Below, one piece after another: positions 30,801 to 40,000 of a stretch of 64,000 bases of DNA (position 1 is the first letter of the stretch; each line of letters starts with the position of its first letter). Source of the DNA: Methanomassiliicoccales archaeon (lineage in GTDB: Archaea; Thermoplasmatota; Thermoplasmata; RBG-16-68-12; SOIM01); the NCBI GenBank assembly GCA_030593885.1, contig JAUVGH010000001.1, positions 40,463 to 104,462 on the forward strand, given 5' to 3'. The position numbers and the translations under genes were made by a program. The notes beneath the pieces are model-generated. The model worked only from the letters and a program-made list of their open reading frames with translations, was not told where the DNA came from and ran no database searches.

Positions 30801-31079
30801 AGGGCGTACGATGGCACTGACTATTCGACAACTGTTGAGGTTCCAATCACCGTGGACAATGAAGTTCTTACAGATTGTCCAGATGGGACCGAGTGTGGAG
30901 GAATATTGCCTATCATTGGTTGGCTGGGCTTGATCGCTGTCATCGCAGTCCTGTTGGTCGCTTCTGTTATTTTGTTGGCAAAGGCAAGAAAGAAAACCGA
31001 ATCCGGTGAATCAACTGAAGAGCCAGAATCTTCCGAAGAACCCACAATCTCAACCCCAGAGGAAGAGCACAAGGATTAA
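27891..31079 (+). CDS. ABC transporter substrate-binding protein (family 5, Opp/Dpp type) with C-terminal Ig-like domains and TM anchor; paralog 1
   Basis: 1062 aa. Signal/anchor LLVSVLSFFMLFGSFAV. SBP_bac_5-like core (..FHDGYQATVEDLLFTY.., ..GTGPFTFDRWVPGQ.., ..DFQMFILGWRIGSDPPDYF..). About 300 aa of beta-rich C-terminal domains, then TM ILPIIGWLGLIAVIAVLLVASVILL and an acidic tail. Confidence 0.88.
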   Translation: MGRTSGRRLLVSVLSFFMLFGSFAVLNSDEVIAQGDAVLDVGCLDEPKTRNILAANDVWTHNVLDPVYDSVTKPDPKTEEVKPYILKGTDADGDGVFGDNEYGVFTSIPGKPLEVTAFYDFNGVLFHDGYQATVEDLLFTYHMVALDPRTISLDVLKDKNNLPGSNYSITRWLHLNELKGFDPLDTLNNGDWGITTKDYSDPGYNTSLRAAVHIKQQAPYWDFFRSTLSRTFLPAYLWQGTGCIYEKDTSTFKCGIHKNRDGSAMDSFGIAYDPDTGNGVPQSDGRKFDYSLAESWDIPDEYVIGTGPFTFDRWVPGQFASLDRNDDYFVGESYLHKPYIEGMLFKVFKTTQTAVFALRSGDIDYIAMSIPPAFVPELLNDHSISIVSTSPKGFSYLSYNMRGEPFGYQGGDPRNPDVGKNFRQAVAHLIDKKTIVTSLLQNYGIVADGPVSPTLARWYNSSLPQLPYDPGAADALLDTYDAWDSSDGPCTNANPSGCRTFPVVGNSEIEILTPNADYDPIRAAAGTLIAQAMNEAGINARSVPTAFGEIVMRIDARDFQMFILGWRIGSDPPDYFHAFFYSRNAAQGQNYPGYQSDEFDVLSLQTRQELDGPTQVSLVKKAQGVLAFDRPYDVLYFRTIIEVYRSDRFVNWTVGAAGTIFSYWSWLGIHEPPSDPLRITTSIQTDVATDSTAAFKATVTDPNGNALWGATVSVYVDPFYGEFVLGPQRSNLVSGQTDTNGDLVVTYVPPTLAANDTARTIFVYAWATHPGHNESRNATETIVVHPVGENFLSLLIDLPDGDLVPEGSSASIEIQVVDQDQNPASGANVYIVSTPPATINPSNGTTDANGYISGLPGVIFFSPNVTGDTQHLISIIAQKLGYDSAVESLFLTVKDNRKPNVSITSISPGQELSGEVNITGDASDEDGDDDIIRVEVRIDGGSWQNATGTSRWSFLLDTSDLSNGDHMLSFRAYDGTDYSTTVEVPITVDNEVLTDCPDGTECGGILPIIGWLGLIAVIAVLLVASVILLAKARKKTESGESTEEPESSEEPTISTPEEEHKD
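28245..28432 (+). repeat. Near-identical 188-nt tract shared with the paralogous binding-protein gene (partner at 32821-33008)
   Basis: Hand alignment gives 2 mismatches in 188 nt (28304 a/g, 28422 c/t). The flanks on both sides are clearly more diverged. Confidence 0.85.
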
Positions 31080-31085
31080 ATATCA

Positions 31086-31115
31086 CACAAAAGCACCTAC
31101 AAATGAGCTTATATA
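31086..31115 (+). promoter_or_regulatory. Promoter-like element with TATA box, shared with 32306-32336
   Basis: CACAAAAGCACCTACAAATGAGCTTATATA lies ~36 nt upstream of ATG 31151. The second copy reads CACAAAACCGCTTACAAATTTCCTTATATAT. Confidence 0.4.
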
Positions 31116-31150
31116 GTTCGTAGGACCAATATGTTCTCAGAGAGGAAATA

Positions 31151-32182
31151 ATGCGACCCAACGCGGTCATTCTCACTGTTAGTGTTGCCTTTGTTCTAGC
31201 CCTCTCGCTTTTCTTCATTCCTCAAGAATCCAGTGCTTCCTCGCCTGGATTCATCTCACCCCCCACTCCCGACATCGCCGGAAGCCCGCAAGATTTCTAC
31301 ACCGTGACATTCCTCTCCAATGGTGGAACATTTGAGGCTGGATCGGTCTTCTATCTTGAAGGCCAGGTAGATGGGAACTCCGTTGATGGGCTGCACATAA
31401 CAGTCCTGATGGAAGATCCCTACGGGGCTCAGTATCGCAATCTGACGCGGGCTGAATCCGACGGTATCTGGGTAGCCATGTTCCAGCCGGCCGAAGACGT
31501 TGGTGGCAACTTCACCGTTACCGCCTCTGCCGATGCGATCGATGTGAGCAAGGAGGACGACACCATACAGATTGACGTCGTTGTTCCGCCGCCAGAGGAA
31601 GAAGAAGAGGGAATTCCAGTCGTTTACTTCCAGCTGGGAGCGCTTTTTGCCGCCTTCGCGTCCATGGCCGTCGCGAGCACCGAATCCGCCGGCTTCTCGC
31701 TCTTCAACATCTTCGCCTTCCCGTTGTACTCGAGGATAAAGAAGGACGAGGTCCTGGACCATTTCGTTCGGGGTCAGATCTACGGATACATCGTTTCCAA
31801 CCCGGGCAAGCATTACAATTCGATCAGGCAGAAATTGCAGGTCACCAACGGTACCTTATCCTATCATCTGCGGACATTGGAGGTCCAGGGATTCATCAAA
31901 TCAAGGAAGGAGAGCATCTACAGGCGTTTCTATCCCATAGAGATGAAGTTCCCTCGTGACAAGGGTGTCAAACTGAGCGACATGCAGATAACCATTCTTG
32001 CGGCTCTTAGGCGCAGGCCGGCCCCGACCCAGAAAGACATCGCGTCTGATCTCGGAATAAGTCAGCAGGTGGCCAGTTACAACCTCAGGATACTGACCCA
32101 AAAGGGATTCGTGCTGGTTCGCAAAGAGGGCCGCAAGAGGATCTACTACCAGGATGATTCGGGATCGCCGACCGGATTGTGA
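31151..32182 (+). CDS. Membrane-tethered transcription regulator: extracellular domain, TM segment and two cytoplasmic wHTH domains
   Basis: N-terminal signal/anchor ILTVSVAFVLALSLFFI. About 170-aa beta-rich segment, an acidic linker PPPEEEEEG, and a hydrophobic segment VVYFQLGALFAAFASMAVA..FSLFNIFAFPL. Two ArsR/MarR-like wHTH units follow: GQIYGYIVSNPGKHYNSIRQKLQVTNGTLSYHLRTLEVQGFIKSRKE and ITILAALRRRPAPTQKDIASDLGISQQVASYNLRILTQKGFVLVRKEG. Confidence 0.75.
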   Translation: MRPNAVILTVSVAFVLALSLFFIPQESSASSPGFISPPTPDIAGSPQDFYTVTFLSNGGTFEAGSVFYLEGQVDGNSVDGLHITVLMEDPYGAQYRNLTRAESDGIWVAMFQPAEDVGGNFTVTASADAIDVSKEDDTIQIDVVVPPPEEEEEGIPVVYFQLGALFAAFASMAVASTESAGFSLFNIFAFPLYSRIKKDEVLDHFVRGQIYGYIVSNPGKHYNSIRQKLQVTNGTLSYHLRTLEVQGFIKSRKESIYRRFYPIEMKFPRDKGVKLSDMQITILAALRRRPAPTQKDIASDLGISQQVASYNLRILTQKGFVLVRKEGRKRIYYQDDSGSPTGL

Positions 32183-32305
32183 CCTTTCAGATATGTTCTC
32201 AGGCACAGGCTTATCCTCAAGAGCCTATGCTTCCCAAAGACCGTCACCAACTTCAACAGATACCCAGAAATCCACAAAACCCACAACCACAATGGTTATA
32301 TAATA

Positions 32306-32336
32306 CACAAAACCGCTTACAAATTTCCTTATATAT
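32306..32336 (+). promoter_or_regulatory. Second copy of the shared promoter-like element
   Basis: CACAAAACCGCTTACAAATTTCCTTATATAT lies upstream of the second binding-protein gene. Confidence 0.4.
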
Positions 32337-32451
32337 CCCACCCAGCATAAACAGAAACAGTATATTCAGTTGACAAGAAAAAGTATTTAATGTCAACCCA
32401 ATATGCCACTCTCACTCTGCCTTCTTGGCGGTCAGGAGAGGAGGAATGGAA

Positions 32452-35298
32452 ATGGGCGGAAGAAACAGCCGAAGAGGAATAGCCTCTATTGTGAGCGTAA
32501 TACTTGTGTTCTCCATGTTGCTCGGTTCGTTTCCCCTGTATGTCGCTGGGGACAACACGAGAGGGGACGAAGACGTGATTCTGAGAATAGGAGCACAGGA
32601 CGAACCCAAGACCAGGAACATACTCGCATCTGGCGACGTATGGACCCAGAACGTTCTGGGACCGGTATACGATTCTGTGACCCAGATGAATCCGGAGACC
32701 GAGGAATTGATGCCGTACATCCTGAAAGGTACTGATCTCAACGGAGACGGGATATTCCAGGACAATGAGTACGGGGAATTCAGAAGCATAGAGGGAAAAC
32801 CTAAGGAAGTGACTGCCTTTTACGACTTCAACGGCGTCCTGTTCCATGACGGATATCAGGCGACCGTTGAGGATCTTTTGTTCACGTACCACATGGTCGC
32901 ACTTGACCCAAGGACCATCTCACTGGACGTATTGAAGGACAAGAACAACCTGCCCGGATCGAACTACAGCATCACAAGATGGCTGCATCTCAATGAGTTG
33001 AAAGGGTTTGACACACTTGATGCTCCCATTGGCGATTGGGGCATTACGACCAGGGACTACACTGACCCCAGCTACGACACGAGCCTGAGAGCTGCCGTTC
33101 ATTTCAAGCAACAGGCCCCTTATGCCAACTTCTACAGAGCCACAATGTCTTGGAGTGCATATCCCAGACATATCTGGGAGGGTACTGGTTGCATCTATGA
33201 GAAGGACACCTCGACCTTCAAGTGTGACATTCACAAGAACCCAGACGGATCCGCCATGGACTCCTTCGGCATTGCCTATGATTCCCTTACCGGGAACGGC
33301 GTGCCTGACACCGATTCCAGGAAGTTCGAGTACAGTCTGGCCGAGAGCTGGGACATTCCGGACGAATACGTGATTGGAACCGGCGCGTTCATGTTCGACA
33401 AGTGGGTCCCCGGTCAGTTCTCCAGTCTTACCAGGTTCGAAGATTTCTACACAGGTGAAGGATACATCCACAAGCCGTACATCAACGGGATGCTCTTCAA
33501 GGTGTTCAAGACCACCCAGACAGCGGTCTTCGCCCTCAGGAGCGGGGACGTTGACTACATCGCATGGTCGATCCCACCTGCATTCGTTCCCGAACTGCTC
33601 AACGACGCCAACATCGGCATCACAAGCACGGCCGAAAAGGGTTTCTTCTATCTATCTTACAATATGAGAGAGGAGCCTTTCGGATATCCAGGTGGAGATA
33701 CGACGAACGACCTGGGCAAGAACTTCCGACAGGCCGTTGCGCACTTGATCGACAAGAAGACCATTGTCACGAGCTTGTTGCAGAACTATGGCATCGTCGC
33801 TGACGGTCCTGTGAGCCCGACATTGGCCCGTTGGTACAATAGCTCATTGCCGCAGTTCCCGTTCGATCCAGTCAAAGCTGACACGTTGCTGGATACGTAC
33901 GATCCTTGGGATTCTTCGGACGGTCCATGCAACAAAGATAACCCCGGCCGATGTAGGTCCTTCCCTGTCATTGGGAACAGCCAGATCGAGATTTTGACTC
34001 CGAATGCGGAGTATGATCCAATCAGGGCTGCTGCCGGAACTCTAATCGCGCAGGCAATGAACGATGCGGGGATAAATGCCTACTCTGAGCCTACCGCCTT
34101 CGGTAAGATCGTTACGAGAATTGACGCACGAGACTTCCAGATGTTCATTCTCGGATGGAGGATAGGTTCGGATCCACCGGATTACTTCCACGCTTTCTTC
34201 TACTCAAGGAATGCGGCTCAGGGTCAGAACTATCCTGGATATCAAAGCGACGAGTTCGACCAGCTGATACTTGATGCTAGAGAAGAGCTCAATCCACAGA
34301 AACAAGTCGACCTCATCAAGACGGCACAGGGTGTGCTGGCCTATGACCGACCATACGACGTTCTGTACTTCAGGACCAACATCGAGGCCTACAGGTCTGA
34401 CAAGTTCACCAACTGGACGGTAGGCGCCGCGGGAACCATCTTCAGCTACTGGTCATGGCTGGGCATTCACCGGCCTCCGCCGGATCCGTTGCGAATCACA
34501 TCATCGATCCAGACCGCTGTCAAGACGGACAAGACGGCCAAGCTCATTGCGACCGTTAGGGAACCGGACGGCGATGTTCTTCAAGGGGCCACAGTTGAGG
34601 CATACGTTGCTTCCACGGATGGAGATTTCGTGCTGGGAACGACAGTATCGAACTATGTAACTGGCACCACCGACTTGAATGGGCAATTCAAGGTGACCTA
34701 TCAACCGCCGATCTTAGCGAAAAACGACACTCAACGAACGATGTTCATTTATACAAAGGCAACGCACGTGGACTATCCTGAATCAAGGAACGCTACGATT
34801 ACAATCGTAGTGCATCCGCCCGGCGGTAAGTTCCTATCCATGCTGGTGAACTTGTTGGGTGGAGATTTGGTGGAAGAAGGAAGACCGACGCTGATGAGCG
34901 TCAAGATCACCGATCAGGACGAGAATCCGGTCTATGGCGCGAGCGTTGTCATCAGTTCAGATCCTCCGGCGGAGATCACTCCCAGCAGTGGAACCACCGA
35001 TACGAACGGTTTCATCAACAGCGTCGAGAACATCGAATTCATAGCTCCGGCAGTGGATGACAATCAAGACCATTTGATCACCATTACCGCCACTTTAGCC
35101 GACCACGAACCTACTGACAGGAACTTCACCATGACCGTGGCGGCCGAGCCCCCCCCTCCGGGCGGTGACTTCCCCTGGCTCATTGTCGGAGCGGGGATTG
35201 CCGTTGCTGGCGTGGTGGCGGGCATTGTCGCCTTCATGATGATGAAAGGTGGAAAGAGGAAGAGAAGGCGCAAGATCCAGAAGCTGAAGGAAGGGTAG
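32452..35298 (+). CDS. ABC transporter substrate-binding protein (family 5) with C-terminal Ig-like domains and TM anchor; paralog 2
   Basis: Collinear with paralog 1. ATG 32452 gives MGGRNSRRGIASIV.., matching MGRTSGRRLLVSV.. of paralog 1, and follows GGAGAGGAGG. The track uses TTG 32425. C-terminal TM WLIVGAGIAVAGVVAGIVAFMMM plus a K/R tail. Confidence 0.88.
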   Translation: MGGRNSRRGIASIVSVILVFSMLLGSFPLYVAGDNTRGDEDVILRIGAQDEPKTRNILASGDVWTQNVLGPVYDSVTQMNPETEELMPYILKGTDLNGDGIFQDNEYGEFRSIEGKPKEVTAFYDFNGVLFHDGYQATVEDLLFTYHMVALDPRTISLDVLKDKNNLPGSNYSITRWLHLNELKGFDTLDAPIGDWGITTRDYTDPSYDTSLRAAVHFKQQAPYANFYRATMSWSAYPRHIWEGTGCIYEKDTSTFKCDIHKNPDGSAMDSFGIAYDSLTGNGVPDTDSRKFEYSLAESWDIPDEYVIGTGAFMFDKWVPGQFSSLTRFEDFYTGEGYIHKPYINGMLFKVFKTTQTAVFALRSGDVDYIAWSIPPAFVPELLNDANIGITSTAEKGFFYLSYNMREEPFGYPGGDTTNDLGKNFRQAVAHLIDKKTIVTSLLQNYGIVADGPVSPTLARWYNSSLPQFPFDPVKADTLLDTYDPWDSSDGPCNKDNPGRCRSFPVIGNSQIEILTPNAEYDPIRAAAGTLIAQAMNDAGINAYSEPTAFGKIVTRIDARDFQMFILGWRIGSDPPDYFHAFFYSRNAAQGQNYPGYQSDEFDQLILDAREELNPQKQVDLIKTAQGVLAYDRPYDVLYFRTNIEAYRSDKFTNWTVGAAGTIFSYWSWLGIHRPPPDPLRITSSIQTAVKTDKTAKLIATVREPDGDVLQGATVEAYVASTDGDFVLGTTVSNYVTGTTDLNGQFKVTYQPPILAKNDTQRTMFIYTKATHVDYPESRNATITIVVHPPGGKFLSMLVNLLGGDLVEEGRPTLMSVKITDQDENPVYGASVVISSDPPAEITPSSGTTDTNGFINSVENIEFIAPAVDDNQDHLITITATLADHEPTDRNFTMTVAAEPPPPGGDFPWLIVGAGIAVAGVVAGIVAFMMMKGGKRKRRRKIQKLKEG
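32821..33008 (+). repeat. Partner of the near-identical 188-nt tract at 28245-28432
   Basis: See 28245-28432. Confidence 0.85.
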
Positions 35299-35337
35299 GT
35301 ACTCCCCTTCTCTCAGAAGTAGGCCGGAGATGAACAA

Positions 35338-37068
35338 TTGAGGTTGCGCACATTCCTCTTCAAGAGAGCCATACACACCATAATCACACTGCTGGTCGTA
35401 CTTGTTCTGCTCTTCATAATCTTCCGACTGATGCCCGGAGACCCGACAAGGTTCTTCATCGAGCCCGGTCAGACCCAGGATACGCGAGATAGGCTCCTGG
35501 TGAAGTTCGGTTTCAGGCACTGGGTGGACGCCCCTGGCGATTACCGGGAGGCCTCCATATCTGAGGCAGACCTCCCCGGCGCATATCTGATCACAATCAA
35601 CGTGGTAGATGAAGACGGGAACACTGCCGAGCTTTATGCGACCTACAACGTGCGGTGGCAATATGCCTCAATCAAAGACGATCCTCTCCAGGTCCATGGC
35701 TCTGTTGACCCCTTGCTGGTGAACTTCCTTGAAGACGGAGGTTTGGAGTTCTTCAACGAACCCATGGAGAGGCTTGGGACTGCTGTTGTCGGCGACACTG
35801 TAACGGTCTACGCCAACCTCGATGGCTCACCTCCATCCAATGTGGAAGTTCGGGCGAATGTGACCTACATAAGCCCGACCGGAGCGACCGAGGATTTCAT
35901 GCCTGACGTTCTTTTCACTGCATCTGGGCAGAGGTACTCTTCCGGTCCGATAACACCCGACAAGGCCGGCCACTATGATGTAGCCATCACAGCACGGGAT
36001 CTGGACGGAATTGAATCAATGACGATTCATTACGCATTCGCAGCAAACCTTCCGAATTCTCAGCTTCTACCTTTCTCCTTGATCGCCGATGAAGGCGGGA
36101 TCTTCACCTACCCGGACGAATTCAACGTGGCCTCGGGAAGGGTCAGCATAGCCATTGTGTCCGATGACGCCAAGATCCTGAACACCAACAAAACGGTCGT
36201 CGCAACTGTCGTTCGACCTGACGCAAAGGTGAATGTCGTTGATTTGTATCACCCCGAGGTAACCGCCGAGAGGAACATCTTCGAACAGTTCTGGGTGTAC
36301 TTCACGTCCATGTTGCAGCTGGACTTTGGCAAGTCGTTTTTCTCTCAAAGACCGGTGTGGACCGAAATCCAGGAGAAGGCCCCGCCCACCATCTTGCTCT
36401 TCGGCTCTGCACTGATACTTCAGGCCGTGTTCGGCGTACTGATAGGCGTCCTCCTTGCCTGGAGAAGGGGGACAAGGATGGAGCTGAGTGCCGTCGTTAT
36501 CTCTCTTTTCTTCTACTCGATACCCCTGTTCTGGTTCGGGATTATTCTGATATGGGCCTTCGCTTTCCAGCTGGGCTGGTTCCCGTTCGGAGGCATGGTA
36601 ACCCCGGAGTTAGCGTCTCAAGGATATCCGGACATATGGGCAGAGATTACAGACATAGGCGCTCACATGGTGCTTCCATTAATCACCTTGATGATGGTCG
36701 GTCTCGCTTTCACCATTCTTCTGATGAGGAACTCAATGCTCGAGGTCCTCGGGGAGGATTATATCACCACCGCCAAGGCAAAGGGATTGAGCGAAAGGAA
36801 GGTGATGTACAAACACGCCGGCAGGAACGCGATGCTTCCGGTCGTGACCGTGATTGCGATGTCGGTGGGCAGCGTTGTCAGTGGCGGCGTTCTCACAGAG
36901 ACCATATTCTCCTGGCCGGGCATGGGATTCTACCTCGTCCAATCAACCCTGCAACAGGACTATCCCGCCGTTCAAGGAGTCTTCTTTCTTCTGGCGGTTA
37001 TGACTATTCTTGCTAACGTGGTTGCGGACGTGCTGTACGCCTTTATGGACCCAAGGGTGAGGTTGTAG
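35338..37068 (+). CDS. ABC permease, OppB/DppB type, with a large extracytoplasmic insertion
   Basis: TTG start. OppB-like N-terminus RAIHTIITLLVVLVLLFIIFRLMPGDP. Canonical ..LQLDFGKSFFSQRPVWTEI.. and EAA-loop region (ITTAKAKGLSERKVMYKHAGRNAMLP). About 250 extra residues lie between TM1 and the DFGKS motif. Confidence 0.88.
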   Translation: MRLRTFLFKRAIHTIITLLVVLVLLFIIFRLMPGDPTRFFIEPGQTQDTRDRLLVKFGFRHWVDAPGDYREASISEADLPGAYLITINVVDEDGNTAELYATYNVRWQYASIKDDPLQVHGSVDPLLVNFLEDGGLEFFNEPMERLGTAVVGDTVTVYANLDGSPPSNVEVRANVTYISPTGATEDFMPDVLFTASGQRYSSGPITPDKAGHYDVAITARDLDGIESMTIHYAFAANLPNSQLLPFSLIADEGGIFTYPDEFNVASGRVSIAIVSDDAKILNTNKTVVATVVRPDAKVNVVDLYHPEVTAERNIFEQFWVYFTSMLQLDFGKSFFSQRPVWTEIQEKAPPTILLFGSALILQAVFGVLIGVLLAWRRGTRMELSAVVISLFFYSIPLFWFGIILIWAFAFQLGWFPFGGMVTPELASQGYPDIWAEITDIGAHMVLPLITLMMVGLAFTILLMRNSMLEVLGEDYITTAKAKGLSERKVMYKHAGRNAMLPVVTVIAMSVGSVVSGGVLTETIFSWPGMGFYLVQSTLQQDYPAVQGVFFLLAVMTILANVVADVLYAFMDPRVRL

Positions 37069-40000
37069 ATGGTAGATACTGCCAGGCTCAAAGAGAAGAT
37101 CCGAGCGTATCGGAAGGTCTTCAAGCAGAACTGGGACCTGTTCAAGGCAAGCAAGATCGGCGTGATAGGAGTCATCATCGTGTTCTTCTTCCTCGGAATG
37201 GCCATCATCGCTCCTTTCATGAACCTCAGGGACCCCATCAACTGGAGGGCACCAGATGCAGACATAATCCGGGTGAACTCTTGGTGGGGCGTTGGAAGGA
37301 ACGTTTCACAAACACAATGGAATGCGGGCGAACCTATCAACAAGACCGTGTCCTTCCGGGTAAAACCCGCAGGCGCCCAGGCGCTGGAATCTGACAGGGT
37401 GTACTTCACTTCAGGGAATCGATTATTCTCTTTAAAACCGGGCGATGCTGGATCCTATTGGACCGATTGGGACACTCCTGAGAACTTTGATTTCAGGCAC
37501 ATCACCGATGCCCACTTTTCCACTGACGTCGTGGTGGCCAACTTTGGGAACCAGTACGATTCGGCCGAGGTGGATTACCTCCTCGGAGTGGGTACAAACG
37601 ACGGTTACATCTACATAATAGAGGACTACGATGGCGGCCCGACCATTCTCAAGGAATCGACTCCGTCGGTGGCGAACGGACGCGTGTACTACGAGCAGCT
37701 GGACAGTGCGATAACATCTACGGCCCTCTACAGCAATCCGGGGTCTGGAAGGAGCCCCGTGGAGAAGTACTTCTTTGGGACCGAGGGCGGATGGCTTTAT
37801 GCATATTCGGTGACCAAGTTCGACAATGAGAATTGGGTTTTCGGCTCGGGAAACTGGTCCACGATGCCTCTGGGAGAAGGTGAGATCAGGCCGTCCCCGA
37901 GGACCAACTTCAGCATGGTCTACGATTCCATCAATGACAAGATGGTGCTGTTCGGAGGTAACGATGGGCTCCTCAACGATGAGACCTGGATATACGATCC
38001 GGTGACACAGGTTTGGACCAGGATTGAGACAGACTGGCATCCCTCGGCCAGATACGGTCACTCCATGGCCTTTGATTCCAGCACCGAGAAGGTCGTACTG
38101 TTCGGAGGCGTCATCGACAACTCGGCCAATCCATGGAGCAATGAAACCTGGATTTTCGACGTGGATGCAAGCAATTGGACCCAGGTGAGCATCCCACCAG
38201 GTCTTTGGGGAAGGGCCTTCTCCGCAATGGCCTTCGACGAGGGTACTGGTATGACGGTGATGTACGGTGGAGATCATTGGTCCAATGAGACATGGACTTA
38301 TTCTGACGGACTGGGATGGATAAACAGAACGTCGGGCATTTTCCCCACTGGCAGATATGGACACGCAATGACATATGACAGCATCAGCGGTCGAGTTGTC
38401 ATGGTCGGTGGAAGCGACGGCGGCAACGAGACCTGGACTTACAATTCATCTACTCACGTATGGTCAGACCTGATCCCGCCCGCTGGACCGTCCCCGAGGA
38501 TGTTCCACGACATTGTTTTCGACGTTGCCAACAACCGCACTCTGATGTTCGGTGGGGATACTGGTTGGGATGAGACCTGGGCCTTTGATGGTGGTGCCTG
38601 GACCGAAATCACTCCTATATCAAACCTCTCGGGAAGGACCGGGCACTCGATGGTCTACGACTCGAACAGGAGTGAGATATTTCTCTTCGGCGGCGACGAC
38701 CGGACCTTCAGCATGCTGTGGTACCGGCAGTTGAGCACAGAGGATCCCATATTGATGGCGGGTTTCCCTCTTAGCACACCCACAGACCCCAATTACTCCC
38801 CATCACTGAACGCCAATGGGACCATGATCTTTGTCAACGATGGAGGACTTCATGCGATCAACGCATTCGACGGTACTGATGCATGGGGCACACCATCCCT
38901 TGACATGGGTCCGGAATGGACCAACACCCCGGTAGTGGCTGTCCCAGGTCTGATAGGAACCGATTTCACGGAGGCCGTTTACGCGACGACCGATCACGGC
39001 TGGATATATGCCCGGTATGCGGACAACGGCAGTTCCCTTGCATCTTGGGAGGATCGGGGACTGGACGACAATATGACCGCCACCGATGGAGGAATCCCGG
39101 TAATGATCGACCTGGTGACGTTCGACGGTGGCGTCCTCACAACACCGGACTTCTTTGGGGACCTCATTTATCTGGGCTCGAGCTCAGGTCATCTTTACGC
39201 GATCCGCAGGGACCCGTTGCCAGGCTTTCCCGCTGGGTCCACGGTTTGGATCTACTCCGATAGGATTTTTATCAACGCCGGCTTCGCCTACACCGGGGGT
39301 GTGAGATTCGTAAGAGAATCGCGGTTACTGTTCGCCGTTGGCTATGAGGGATATACCACTCCAGGGAATTTGGATGATGATATAGGGACTCTGTTCATCC
39401 TCGGAGAGGACGGTAGCCTCTCCTGGAGGAAGACCGTCGATGGCAGGATCGGAGGTACGCCCACGATCTGGAAGGACAATGTGGGAACCCATCCGACACC
39501 CAGCGTCTGGTTCGGAACGAGTAAGGGCATCGCAAACGCATATTCTTCCACTGGCGAGAACATGGCGCCTCTTCCGCCAGGATGTTACGATTCCGGTAAT
39601 TGCTACACACTTGGGACGGACTCACAAGGCAGGGACATCTTCAGCCAGTTGATGTGGGGGTCGCAGGTCGCTCTCACGGTCGGACTTCTGGCAGCTGGAG
39701 GCTCCATAGGTATCGGCACGATCATTGGTTTGGTATCCGGATACTCGGGCGGTAGGATCGATTCGGTTCTGATGAGGTTCACTGATGTCATTCTGGTTCT
39801 ACCCGGTTTGCCCTTCCTCATCATTCTCGCCGCAGTGCTCGGTCCGAGCTACTGGAACATCATCTTCGTGCTGACCATCATTGGGTGGCCAGGTACTGCA
39901 AGGGTCATTCGTTCGGAGGTCCTTTCTTTGAAGGAAAGGCCTTTCATCGATTCCGCAAGGGTCACGGGTGCAAGCAACATCCGCATAATGTTCAAACATC

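Noticed and set aside
37432-38364. 310-aa minus-strand ORF inside the OppC-like gene
   Set aside because: It is antisense to the Kelch-repeat region, has an Arg/Pro/Gly-rich low-complexity product and no ribosome-binding context.
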